From Bigelowiella natans CCMP2755 (lineage: Eukaryota; Protista; Cercozoa): a DNA stretch of 64,000 bases. Shown one piece after another: positions 38,007-50,182 of this stretch. Each line of letters begins with the position of its first letter. Positions within the stretch are counted from its first letter, which is position 1. The stretch lies in assembly GCA_000320545.1 (NCBI GenBank), contig ADNK01001378.1, forward strand, positions 20,158 to 84,157, in the 5' to 3' direction. The position numbers and the translations under genes are program-made. The notes below the pieces were generated by a model, which saw only the letters and a program-made list of their open reading frames with translations, made no database searches and was not told where the DNA came from.

Positions 38007-38341
38007 GGCTATCAGCCGGTGCAGGTTATTAGGGGATGGAATTATGAAAGTTTTGAATTGCTGGAGCATCGAAGAAAATCCTTGGGATTTTTCCTCCGCG
38101 GCAATCCTGGGATTCGTGATGTCGACTCCGCAACCAATCTCTGTAATTTGGTAGGCTGCGACAAACAATTGGGGAATCACAAGGTGGGGAAACAATGCGG
38201 TTCAAGCCAAAACGGTTGCTACCCATGCGCAAGGCCCTCCGAGGAGAGTCCAAGAGCACCCTCTCCGAATCCGAACCTACGACAAAGAAAAGTTGACTTG
38301 CCTCGAAAGAATGGCATGGGATTTCGTGCAGACGAGGCTAA

Positions 38342-40008
38342 ATGACGCCCAAACTTGCAAAACTCAAAACCTCCTCCGCTCCTCCTCCTGCTGCCACCAT
38401 CGCTACCTTCCGCTTCTTCTATTATCCTTTTGTGCCTCCTTCTTTTCCAATGAGTTCGAAGAAAGAGAGGTTTCGCACCCGTAAAACCCGCGGCAGTGGC
38501 CGTCAAGGCAACGGCGGTGATGGTGCTGCGGATTCCCGAAAGCATCGGCGGTTGAGCTACAAACCGAATGGCCGTCTCCGTTCCTCCGTATCCTCGGCTG
38601 AGAGAAATTTTCGCGTAATTGCTAGAGGTCAGAACGAATCCCGAAGGGAGAGAGAGCGCGGGGGAGAGGGAAGACGGAGAGCCCGATCGAGCTCGAATTC
38701 CTCCTCGGACCACGAAAACCGCCGCCATCGCCACCACCGTGGCCACCATTCACGGCACTATAGCGGGCAACATCGCAATGATGACAAACAAAAACGAAGA
38801 AATTCACGAGTAAGAAGTCGACACTGGCAGCAGTCGCAACCATCCTCCCCCGCAGTCCGAGAGCAACGTCCTACCTCGCCGATGTCACGGCAGAATAGTC
38901 GCGCCTCGTCAGGCAGCAGTCACAATCTCACTGCCAATCCAACAGCAAATAGTGTGGTAGATGCACCTACCATCTCGGCAGAAAATCATCGTAACCCTAG
39001 GGAAAGTAATGATGATGTAAACAACGACGGGAGATCCGTATCACCGGTCTCACCTGATGACTTCATCTTCATCCGCTCGGGGCGTGAGCGTAGCTCTCAA
39101 GATCGACGTCGAAGTAGCACTATCAATGAGCAAGGAAACAACAGCAACAACATTAATACGGAGCATCAGCAGGAGCAGCGATACTTGAGTCTTGGACTCG
39201 AAGATATGATTTTCTTCGGTGAAGAGGCATCCCAGCAAGTGCGACCACAGGTGAGTTATCAGAGCAATGTACGGTTGTCTAGCAGTGGTAGTATACCAGT
39301 ATTAAGGCCTACCAGCTTTGACAATAACAACAACAACAACCACCGCAATCACATCCACAACAACAACAACAACAACAGTGGAGAGTGGGACAAGGCGTAC
39401 GAGAAGTACTCCTTCAGCGACTGCAAAATCTGCTTGGAGCGCATTGGCTTTGACACCGTGCGGGACAAGGTGCAACTGAAGGAGAACATTGGCGGCGAAC
39501 ACTTCAGTCGCGTTCTCTGCTCTCATCTTGGGGGCGTGGCACAGTCCTCTTCAAGGAAAAATTGGCCTGCAATTCCGCGAGGAAACGCTCTTTCATCAGG
39601 ACATTCTTCCGGAGGAGCATTCTGTGCTGGATGCCTCCGCGAATACGCGGAGACTCAAGCGAAGGCCGGGAAGTTCGAGATATTGTGCCCAATGCCCCAG
39701 TGCAAAACGCGTCTATATCTGGACGATCTGTGCAAACTTGTCGGCCCTGAAACATTTGCAGCCTACCAGGAGCGCCTGAAGGCCAACCACGCGCATCGTA
39801 TCAAGGCTCTGTCTAAGAAGGAGGTCAAGGAAATGCTGGGCGCTAAGGTGATTGCCTGTGGACGATGCAAAGTGCTGGTCAGCAAATCGGATGGCTGTGA
39901 CACGATGCGGTGCACATGTGGGCATAAGTTCTCGTACAATGGGGCTTTGAGGTCTGCAGGATTGCAAGCGATCTTGAAAAAAAGAGGCGATATTTTTGAA
40001 GAAGGAAT

Positions 40009-40012
<4 letters not shown>
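38342..40012 (+). CDS. RBR/TRIAD-like E3 ubiquitin ligase (RING1 + Rcat-like) with long disordered N-terminus
   Basis: CKIC...CSH...FCAGCLREY...CPMPQC followed by CGRCKVLVSKSDGCDTMRCTCGHKF; one uninterrupted 556-aa ORF. Confidence 0.75.
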
Positions 40013-40039
<27 letters not shown>

Positions 40040-40427
40040 GGCGGAGGAGGAGGAGGAGGAGGAGGAGAAAAGTAAGGCACAACGGCCGCAGAATTTCTCA
40101 GCAGCAACAACAAGCCCGATGATTCCCCCAGATAATACAGCAATGAATATCAGTAGCAGTAATCGTAGCAGAAGCGTAAATCGTCACACCTACAGGATGC
40201 ACTCAAAGGCCAACTCGACTGCAACGTCTTCTTTTTCATCATCATCTTCTTCTTCTTCTCCTCAGGCTCTCTCTTTCCATGAGTATGGCATACCACGTGC
40301 TTTACCATTACCACCACCACCACCCCCACCACAGTCATTGACATTCTTCAGGCCACCCAATAACCCACCAAAGGTGCCCCAAGTCAATGTGAATCGAAGA
40401 CCTCCCAGTTTGTGGTAACTTCGAATT

Positions 40428-40710
40428 GATGTAATAATTACATAATAATATGAGACGGATGTAATGAAATGATTACATTCTTCAATTGTCATCCTAATGT
40501 AGCTATGCAGACCAATAGCTACAGCGCTTATGTTGTGTTTATTCGTTTCTGCAATGATGTGTTACTAGCATGCTAGGAAAAGCATGTGTGTCATGTCATG
40601 TGTGCAACAGTGGGCTGCATGCGCATTATACGAGACGAACTTAATGAATAATTAAATAATTTCAATGGTCATCCTATAATGTAGCTATGTAAAGCAGCGG
40701 CGGCAGCTCT
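40428..40710 (+). repeat. two copies of dispersed 3'-flank element
   Basis: 40453: AGACGGATGTAATGAAATG...TTCAATTGTCATCCTAATGTAGCTATGCA...AGCTACAGCGC; second degenerate copy at ~40632-40710 (GAGACG...TTCAATGGTCATCCTATAATGTAGCTATG). Confidence 0.8.
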
Positions 40711-40966
40711 TAAATTGTGTTTGCGTTATTACCATGATTTGTTGCATCAAGTCTTGACTGAAGCCACTTTGTTGCGCAACAACTGTGAACACAATGTACG
40801 TATATGCGTCATGCTAGCAGCCGAGAGACAAGTGTGTGAAGCCCTATGTTATAGATCGATGCTCCGTGCGTGATATTGTACAGACGAAGCTGTGGATGTA
40901 GAGCATGTTCACAGTGCGACAAGCATCATGCACTCGCTCAGACAACTAATTGGGCGTTAGCCGTTC

Positions 40967-41027
<61 letters not shown>

Positions 41028-41364
41028 ACACACAAATATGCCATGCATGCGATGCTAGCATGCATATTCTGTTGCATTTATTCACATTCGATTCAATAAT
41101 TATTTCACATGTGTACATGAATATGCACATAGTATGTGTTCATGTGGGTATATGCATGTACATGTGTGCACAGCAGACATATCCACACCTGTACACAGCA
41201 TCATGCAATGCTACAGTGCATGCATATATGCAACGTGTTATAGCGCATACAATTTATTACTCATAATAGCACTGGCAGAATATAGAGTGACAGCATTGCT
41301 TGTAAGTCTACTTTGTGCCCCCGTGCTAGATACTAGGCTCCTGCCTTCGATGTGACGACACTAT

Positions 41365-42076
41365 TTAGCTATCGTGTATCTTCTTCGCAAGTTTCTTGAG
41401 CGAAATCACCGCAAGCAGACGGAAGGTGGCCAGGAGCACGAACAGCATGAGGATGTAAAACCACTTCCGGCTTCTCTCCACGTCGTTGGCCTCGAGGAGC
41501 GCATCGTTCTCCGGCGTGTCTTCCTCGAATTCCGTCAGCATGACGATGTTGAGGCTGTACTTGATTGTGCAAAGGTACTGGGCCCAACGGATGAATCTCG
41601 GGATCTGCTCGATCTGGACGAAGAATCCCGCAAAGAGGAACTGCGGCACCTGCGATATGGAAACGAGGGGGGGGGGGGGGGGAGGTGATGACGCACTGGG
41701 GTATTGGAGCAATGGCGCATGCTCTTTCAAGGATCAGGATGTACCAAACAGGGGAGGTAGACAGGTTGAGATGGAGAGAGGGAGAGAGCGAATGGAGGGG
41801 GAGAGCATATCTTTCACCCTCTTGAGGATGCTATATACTATGCATGCACCTGTGCGTGTGTGCGTGTGTGCGTGTGTGTGTGTGTGATTGTGCACGACTT
41901 ACGAAGGCGATAGGCAGTAACTCGACCGCCATTTTGACATTAGAAGATATGCATCCGAGCAGGACTGCAACCGAAGACGATACGATTCCGAGGAGAAACA
42001 TGCCCATCCAAAGCTGGAAAAAATCGCCCTTCAGCTGCATCATGAAGTACCTGATATCCACGGTTATAAATATAAA

Positions 42077-42121
<45 letters not shown>

Positions 42122-42136
42122 GTAGCGTGAGGCAAA

Positions 42137-42179
<43 letters not shown>

Positions 42180-43209
42180 GGGGGGGGGGGATTAGGGAAA
42201 CAGACATGTGTCGTTAAAAATATCTACATGGATGTTTTCTCTCTCGTCTCTCGATCTTGTACCCGAATATAAGGCCGATGAGGGTCTGCACCATGATAGT
42301 TGGCACCTCGACGATGAACTTGGAGATGAAGTAGGGAACGATATCGTACGTGCCGGTCAGGTACTCGCGAATGAAGACAGAGCGCTCGGACGGGAAGGTG
42401 AGAACCATGGGCTGTGCGCTTCCAAACATGGCGCTCAAAGCAATCTGAAACAGGCCGCCGAATCGCGACTGCAGCACGTCTCCGTTGCCAACATCCAGGA
42501 ACACAAGCCCGTACCTTATCAATGTAGCAGTGTTGTGGCAGTAGTAGGAGGAGTAGAGAAAGAGATTCGAAATCGTGTGCGTGCGAGATTCAAAACACAA
42601 TTCTCACGTAACTCGCCGTTCAAACATTTCCGGCCTGTAGATGCTAAAGTCGTCATGTGCCTCTCTTCCATTCCCTCTCTCCTCCCCCACCCCTCCCCCG
42701 TCCTTCACCACGCCAACTCTCCTTGTACCTCTCCTCTTAATGGTTATCTGGTGCATCTCTTGTGTCGTCTTGTGTGTGCGTGTGTGTGTGTGTGGTGTGT
42801 ATGTGAGAGCATACAGGAAGTTGAGGAAGCATGTGAGCCCGACGCGCGCAGCGAGTGTTTTCTTGTCGCGCAGTGTGTTGTAGCACTCCCGCGTGAGGAG
42901 CATCCATAGCTGCTTCAGAAACCCTGCAGAAGCCCGCCTTCGGATGTCAAACTCTTCAGTGTCTTCGCTGCTCTGCCGTGTCAGTTCCGCGCCTTTGTGC
43001 TCCTTTGGGGACAAGGTGGAAGGTGAGCCAAGAGCGGCATCTTGGATCACTTTCTTCTTTTTCCACGCTTTCCGGATCACCTCGATGTTGTCGCGCTGCT
43101 GCTTGGTCTCCTTCGTCTGCATCATGAACATGACGTGGTCGGCGAGGTTGTACGTTTCAGGGCACTTGAATTGCGGCCCCAGGTCTAATTTTAGGATGAT
43201 GTTCGTGAC

Positions 43210-43245
<36 letters not shown>

Positions 43246-43396
43246 GATGGTGATGATGATGATGGTGAGAAGACGAAATTAATCACGACTGCAACATCAT
43301 TAAAACAAAAATCCTCATGCACACCATCCATCAGCAGCAGTGCTTCCCTACTTCAGAGCAGAGCAGCGCCATCGACGTCAACCAAAAAAATACAAT

Positions 43397-43437
<41 letters not shown>

Positions 43438-45641
43438 ACACGACATGCCAAGCGCACCAGCAAAGTGCTTGGCCATGAGCTTTACAGGCCCATGATACAC
43501 AACAGAGCCGGATTCTAGGAGTATGCAGTCATCGAAGGAGTGAAATATTTCTGAGGAAGGCTGGTGGATCGTTGTGAAGACGCTACAGCCCAGGCTGCAG
43601 AGATGCTTCAGGATCTGCGCGACTTTGAAAGCGGCGTACCTTTTAGTGGTGCGACAACAACAACAACAACAGACGAAGAAACAGTAGCAGTGAGCCGTGT
43701 CCTCAGAGTAAGCTAGGGCTACAACCACGGAACACATCCCCACCCCCTTCTAAACACAGGAGCCGCAAACTTTTGAAAGAAGAAGTTGTGGGAGGGTATT
43801 TGTAGCGATCATGAGCATGGAATGTGAAGAGTTGTCCATAATATTTTACATCCTGCCCCCTCTTGTCCCCCCCCCCCCTCTCTCAAAGTTTCGAACAGGT
43901 AGGTTGTGTGCTTTGGTTACGTGTCGAGGCCACTCGTTGGCTCGTCTAAGAAAATGATTTTGGGGCGTGTAATCAGCTCCACACCTGTTACACAGCAACG
44001 ACAATGAGCCAAAACCGTTAAAGATCATGCCATTAGTATCATGACAGAGAACATATGAAGGATGCGCCTCGTTTGACTTTTGGCGGTTTTTTTCAGAGGG
44101 TCGACATGCAATGGGTTGTACGACACAGGAAGGGGTCAACCTCCCCTGCGGATTCACCCCCATTTACTGTACGTGATATATTTAATATTATATTTATATT
44201 ATTTTTTTCAAAAATGGGCATACGCATGTGTGTGTGTGCGTGCGTGGTTGCAAATTGTTTTGTTTCAGTGTTGATATATATTCAAAAGTATTCTCTTCTG
44301 AGACCAATGGCAACGCGCTTGCGCTCCCCGCCTGAGATGCCACGAATCATCATGTTTCCAATAAGAGAATCCGCACACCTGATTTGTTTTGGTGAAGAGA
44401 AAGTGAGGGGAGAGCAGGAAATTGAATCGAAATGGGCGACGCGTAGTGAGACAGACATTTCTGTTGCGTTTGAATGGAATTCAAAAATGATCTCGTAGGA
44501 ATAATATGGCTCTACTTTTCAATGTCGAGCTCCTTGAGCAACTGTTCAACAAGGCTGTCTCGCTCTTCTTGTGGGGTATCCTGCGGGAGGCGAAGACTGG
44601 CAGAAAATTGCAATGCCTCCCTGCTCGAGCATGAATAATGAACTGAGGGACGGTCACGGTATACCGATTCGATAATATCTAATTATCAAACAGGTCGTGG
44701 TGATTCTGCTGACCTTGGTGTTTGAGTGGCGAATAAGGCTTCATCTTGCATGACGTAGGCCACGTTCTTTCGAAACTTTCTAGGCTTGACATTGCTTCCG
44801 TTTGCATAGATCTGTGGTGATGTAGTGCGCAGTGAGGACGTGCCGCGACTACTCATACGCCAACTCATAAGTCAACTCATCACAGAGGTTGTGGCTCTCT
44901 GAAAGTACGCTAGTGTGATTAATCGAAGGATGTGTGGCAATTGCCATGTTCCTTCTTCAGACCTTTCCCTCGAATTTGCTGCCTACGCGCCCAGCGAGGA
45001 TGTTCATCAGAGTTGTCTTCCCCGCCCCTATAATTAGTTCAGTCTGTAAGACTCATTGAGCTCTGAAAAAACACAAGTCTTAATTCACGTCTGTTTGCTT
45101 GAGGCCAATTAAGTATATAAATAAATATTTTTCTAAATATTTACTCACCCCAACCCCCCCCTACATGTATCTTGAACATTTGCAAGATCTATCTACCACT
45201 TGGCCCCATGATGCAACACATTTTCCCTGCCTCCACAGCTCCCGAGCAGTCCACGAGGATCTGTTTCTCCTTGTTGTCACCAAGAGGCACAGAATAGCTC
45301 ACGTTCTTCCAGACAAGGTTGATGCCCTTTGTTTTCAGGTCTAGCTGAGACTGGAAGGATGAAGTCTGTTTGTGACCCAAATCAACGCAACAAACGCCGT
45401 GACGCACTATTTTATTTCAGAGAGAGATTCTGTTCAAGGTAGCCTGGCAAATAGTGAGGAAACGCACCATGGATTTCAGCTCGGTGACAGACTGCATCCC
45501 CGCTTCATAGGCTGCCATTGTCGGGGCGAGCTGCTCGGACCGAAGAAATTCAGACTTTTCCTCCAACACAGCCGGGTTCACATGTATCTTAAGACGCAGT
45601 GCATCTTATCCATTTTACAGGATGCCGGCATGTCTTACCAT
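41365..45641 (-). CDS. ABCG (White-family) half transporter; start approximate
   Basis: CIMGPS|GAGKTTLMNILAGR (Walker A), AYVMQDEALFATQTPR, ISGGERKRVAIG signature, IIFLDEPTSGLD, TIHQPSSEIF, FPSERSVFIRE, FAGFFV...IPRFIRW; stop at 41365. Confidence 0.92.
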
Positions 45642-46168
45642 GGATTCGCCGGCAACGGTTTGCACAGTTTCGTTGGAGCTTTTGCGAGTTCAGGTCATCT
45701 GTTTGCAAGCGAATTGCCTGTTGCGACCTCCTCAGTTTGGGCATTATTGTCATGCCATCGGCACTACGAGTACTCGAATCAGATTTGCAAATTCCCAGGA
45801 ACAAGCCCAAGATCGTCAAGAATCAGCTACTACTAACCCTTAAAATGGATGATCACAGTGCGTTTATGCTGTTTTGAGAACCAAATTGCAGCCTTTTCGG
45901 AAAGTAACTTCTGAGGCAGTATCTGCGCTTGTTCCTCCGTGTCGCAGATAATAAATGGAATCTTATAGGGTACCGAGACGGAAAATATATTATCGGCATA
46001 CATGTAATAATGAATTTTCTTTCATCGTCGCTTCGGTGCCGATCTGTTTTTAGAAGGAATTTGTAACTTCGGTCTGTGGGTCTCAAGGATACACATATGC
46101 AACAGAACTCAAAAAAGCAGAACGACCCAAGACAGCCACACACACACACACATAAACAAACACTCGCG

Positions 46169-48133
46169 ATGACAACCAGGATATCCACACGAAGACAATG
46201 CCATCATGGTGCAGGGTGCATCAAGTACGGATGCCCTTTCCAACACCCATATGAGCGCTTGACAGACTGCAAGTTTGGTGGCAGCTGCAGAAACCGCAAT
46301 TGCAGATTCCTCCACCCAAGACCATGCAAATTCGGGATGAGATGCTACCGACCATATTGCAAAGCTACTCATCCTGAAGGTTGGGAGGACAGATGGTATG
46401 ATCCGACCCCAGACGAATATCCGGTTTATTATTCCGACAGTGAGGAAGAATCAGAACAGAATTGGGACGAAAATCCGATTTATTCCGATGGTGAGGAAGA
46501 CTCAAAACAGAATTGGAACAAAAATCCGACTACACCCTATAGGGAGGAAGAATCAAAACAGAAGGTGGACGATTGGAAGAAGGGCCTTGTCGGTACGCAG
46601 ATGATCAAGTGCGACCAGAAGTCGCATGAAGACGCTCGATTCGTACTGATGATTGGTGAGACAGGATCGGGAAAGTCAACTACGATCGATTCAATGATGA
46701 ACTACTACTATGGTGTGGAGTTCGATGACACGTTTCGCTACAAGGTGGTGAAGCAGGCGGACAATGTCGACCAGACTGCCTCTGTGACCTCCGAGATTAC
46801 GACTTACCACCTCCCACAAGTCCCACACCAGAAAGTGAAATGTCCTGTAACTATCATTGACACAATGGGCTACGGTGATACACGTGGCCATGACTATGAT
46901 GAGAAGACCACCAAGGCAATCAAACGTCTAGTCGACAGATATTTGGACAAGATCGACGCGATCTGCTTCACGATAACGGCTGAGAAGACAAGGCTAACGT
47001 ACTTCCAGGATTACATACATAATCATATTCTGTCGCTGTTCGCCAAGGATGTGAGCCAGAATATTTTCCTACTCATCACATTCTGCGATGGCAAGACACC
47101 CCCCGTGTTGAAGGCGATTAAGAAACGAAATATCCCATACGTCAAGGACATTCGCCTCAACAATTCAGGGTTCTTCACCAGATTCGATGAGGACGATGAT
47201 GACGACAGTGACGAGGATGAGGAGGAAAACCCAATGACTAAAATGTTTTGGAAGATGGGCATGAAGGCCTTCGAATCATTCTTCAAGGCTTTGGAGGAAA
47301 CAAAGCCCGTCTCCCTCAAGAACACGAAGATGGTGCTCAATGACCGCCAACGGTTAGAAGACCGTATCCTTATGATTAACCAGAAAATTAACCTCGCTGT
47401 GCGTCGATTGGAGTGCGTTGAGAATAGCTTTGAGGAAATCGAGAAGCATCAACATAAAATTGACGAGAACGCCGGCTTCCTCGTCCGCATCGAGGTGCCG
47501 AGCTTCGAGAAAATTGACATCAGTGGAAAAGGCGTGCACACCACCACGTGTCTCGAATGCAATTACACGTGCCACGACAACTGTGTCTACTCCAATAACA
47601 ATGACAAAAAACACTGTTGTTCTATGGAGAAAGGAGCCTGCACGGTCTGCCCTGGGAAATGCAGTTGGGACCGCCACGTCAACGTGCCGTACATAATCAA
47701 ACAAACAACCGAGTTCAAGGAAGAGCCCTGTCTCACAATGAAACAGCGCCATGAAGCGGCGGTGAAAGGGCGATCTCATGTGGAACATGCTCTGATTCAA
47801 ATGAGAAATAAATATGAGCAAGTCCAGAAAGATCTTCATGCCGATTACTTGACTGCGCGCGATTTGTTGAAGAGGATCGAGAAATATGCCCTAAAGGCAA
47901 ACTGCCTCGTCGAAGATCAGATCTTTGAGAACATGATTCAGGTTGAACAGAAGGATAGAAAGAAGGGGTACAAGAGACGCATCAGTGCCATCAAAGACAC
48001 GCAAAAAAGATTTGCCACGATGCGCGACATCCAGAGGCAAGATGCAGAGACCTTTGTTCAGAAAGGGAAGCTGGAAGAAATGGATCGGAGAATTGCAAAG
48101 ATTGTGGACAAGCACAAGGGTGGTAGCCAGTGA
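46169..48133 (+). CDS. intronless CCCH zinc finger + AIG1/septin-like P-loop GTPase + Cys-rich domain + coiled coil
   Basis: Three C-x5-C-x4-C-x3-H fingers; G1 GETGSGKS, G3 DTMG, G4-like TFCD; Cys-rich CLECNYTCHDNC...CTVCPGKC...H; helical C-terminus; probable ATG at 46169 (MTTRIS). Confidence 0.85.
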   Translation: MTTRISTRRQCHHGAGCIKYGCPFQHPYERLTDCKFGGSCRNRNCRFLHPRPCKFGMRCYRPYCKATHPEGWEDRWYDPTPDEYPVYYSDSEEESEQNWDENPIYSDGEEDSKQNWNKNPTTPYREEESKQKVDDWKKGLVGTQMIKCDQKSHEDARFVLMIGETGSGKSTTIDSMMNYYYGVEFDDTFRYKVVKQADNVDQTASVTSEITTYHLPQVPHQKVKCPVTIIDTMGYGDTRGHDYDEKTTKAIKRLVDRYLDKIDAICFTITAEKTRLTYFQDYIHNHILSLFAKDVSQNIFLLITFCDGKTPPVLKAIKKRNIPYVKDIRLNNSGFFTRFDEDDDDDSDEDEEENPMTKMFWKMGMKAFESFFKALEETKPVSLKNTKMVLNDRQRLEDRILMINQKINLAVRRLECVENSFEEIEKHQHKIDENAGFLVRIEVPSFEKIDISGKGVHTTTCLECNYTCHDNCVYSNNNDKKHCCSMEKGACTVCPGKCSWDRHVNVPYIIKQTTEFKEEPCLTMKQRHEAAVKGRSHVEHALIQMRNKYEQVQKDLHADYLTARDLLKRIEKYALKANCLVEDQIFENMIQVEQKDRKKGYKRRISAIKDTQKRFATMRDIQRQDAETFVQKGKLEEMDRRIAKIVDKHKGGSQ

Positions 48134-48627
48134 ATCGACTCCAAAGAATCTGAGTGATATAGTGACACAGATCAAGACTCTTCCCATGACTAAATGAATG
48201 GACCAAAAAATGCAACAAATAAATCATCTTTTAATAAAACGAGCAAATATTAATCTTTGTGCAATACACATGTGATTGTAGCAAATGTGCATGCTAGCTA
48301 CGCTATATATATGTGTGCAAGGCGATGGAAACATGATGGCATGTACAGCCAAGACCCAGCATGATTAGCTATTAGCATGTGATCAAATCAAAGGTCACGT
48401 ACAAAATTGACGACGCAAAACTGCACATGGACTCTGCACACGCGCGTGTACATGTACCCGTAGATATGCGCTGCACACGCTCAGGCAAATGTGTGTGTGT
48501 GATGCATAAATGCATGTTCACACGACTGTGAAGTGATTTGCGCACAAGATAGCGGATCGATTCACTCGCTCATCTTCAGATGGGAAAGTGACTGACATTC
48601 ATTTCGCATTATTTTCGTCCGCGTGCA

Positions 48628-48873
48628 TCATGTTTTAGCCGAGGATCCAGGACGAACTGGGTCGCCGTTTTGGGCGTCCTTCTTCACTTTATCGAAATAC
48701 CTGCAGGAGGAGAAATCCGTCAAATTACTCTTAAATTGGTGTGTTGGTTTAGACTAGCAAACAAAGCTGTTTATTACTGCAGCTGTGAAGTATTTTTCAG
48801 AAATGTGATACATGATATTAGCTCCACAACGCAATGGCAATTTTCATGCAGAGCGATGATCAAACATTCACTG

Positions 48874-48944
<71 letters not shown>

Positions 48945-50182
48945 TCGCTCCATACTGCGTGGGTGTGAAATAATCATCATATGGATGACAACCTCAAGGT
49001 GGAAGCCTCCTTAGCAGTGGGTCTTGTTTGGTGGTCGTACCGAAGGCACATCGACAGCAGCTCTAACGCCTCATCATTTGCAAGGTGCTTGTTGCCGTTA
49101 TTCCTGAAATTTGAAAACTTCTTTTTCTTATAAGGCTTATCGGGATTGAAGTGCTCGTCCTTATAATCGTCATATGCTGCTGGAAGTGTGAGGTTGTATC
49201 TGTTTAAGTACGCGTAGAATCCCGCCGACCCCAAAACCTGCACTATTTTCACTAGCTGATCCTCGTTGCTTCTTCCCCGAAAGAACGGGTGGCGCCGGAA
49301 GATCATCCCTGCGAACATGCAGCCAAAACTCCAAATATCCAGCGAGTAGTCGTAGGTCCGGAAATTCACGAGCAGCTCGGGGCCCTTGAAGTAGCGCGAG
49401 GCCACCCGTACGTTATACTCCTGCCCTGGATGATAAAACTCTGCGAGGCCCCAATCTATCAGCTTGAGCGTTCCATCGCGGTGGTTGATCATCACGTTGT
49501 GGGGCTTCACGTCGCGGTGCATGATGCCGTTCTGGTGGCAGAAGTCCAAAGCCAGGAGCAGCTTGTACATGTAGTACCGTACGTCTATGTCCGAGAGCTG
49601 CGGAAACAGGGTTTTGAAGTCGCAAGCGTCGACGTGCTCGAATATAAGACACTTGGTCTTCGAAAGCTGATCTTCAATGCACTCGATAAGGGTGATTATA
49701 TACTTGGCCCCATGGGCCACAATTCGCTTGTTGTTTTGTTTCTTTTCGTCAGATGCCTTCTTCCTATTTTTGTCTCCCTTTTCTTTATCTCCTCCTCCTT
49801 CGGAAGCCTCCAAGCATTTCGCTCGTAGATTGGTCAGGATTTTGATTTCCCGCCTCACCTTCTTCTTCTTCACGGGTTTTAGAACCTTGATGACAACCCG
49901 TTCGTTGTCCTTGTTAACACCCTCGAACACATCGCTGTACTTGCCCCGTCCAATCTTCCGCACCACCTCATAGTTATCCTGGTTCCTGGGCGCGCGCGCG
50001 CACACACACACACACACAAGATCATCATCGCGAATATAGAGAGAGGAATGTGTTTAGCAAATAGCAAACCTGCTCCACTTAGGCTTGAAGTGAGTATAGT
50101 TCCACCATTTCTCTTCCTGGACGACATTTACATCTCGATAGACCCTGGAGGTGTAAAGATCGGATCCAGCCCTGCGCTTCAT
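48628..50182 (-). CDS. CKA1: casein kinase II alpha catalytic subunit
   Basis: SRVYRDVN...[66 protein letters not shown]; last intron joins KEASTLR|YFDKV...* (TGA 48628). Confidence 0.95.

Noticed and set aside
42208-42909. 233-aa plus-strand ORF (also 49289-49828)
   Set aside because: Antisense shadows of the ABCG and CK2 coding exons.
48977-49010. Apparent truncation or non-canonical splice at the CK2 C-terminus
   Set aside because: A normal GT donor gives KEASTLRYF, the same length as the conserved EAMEHPYF.
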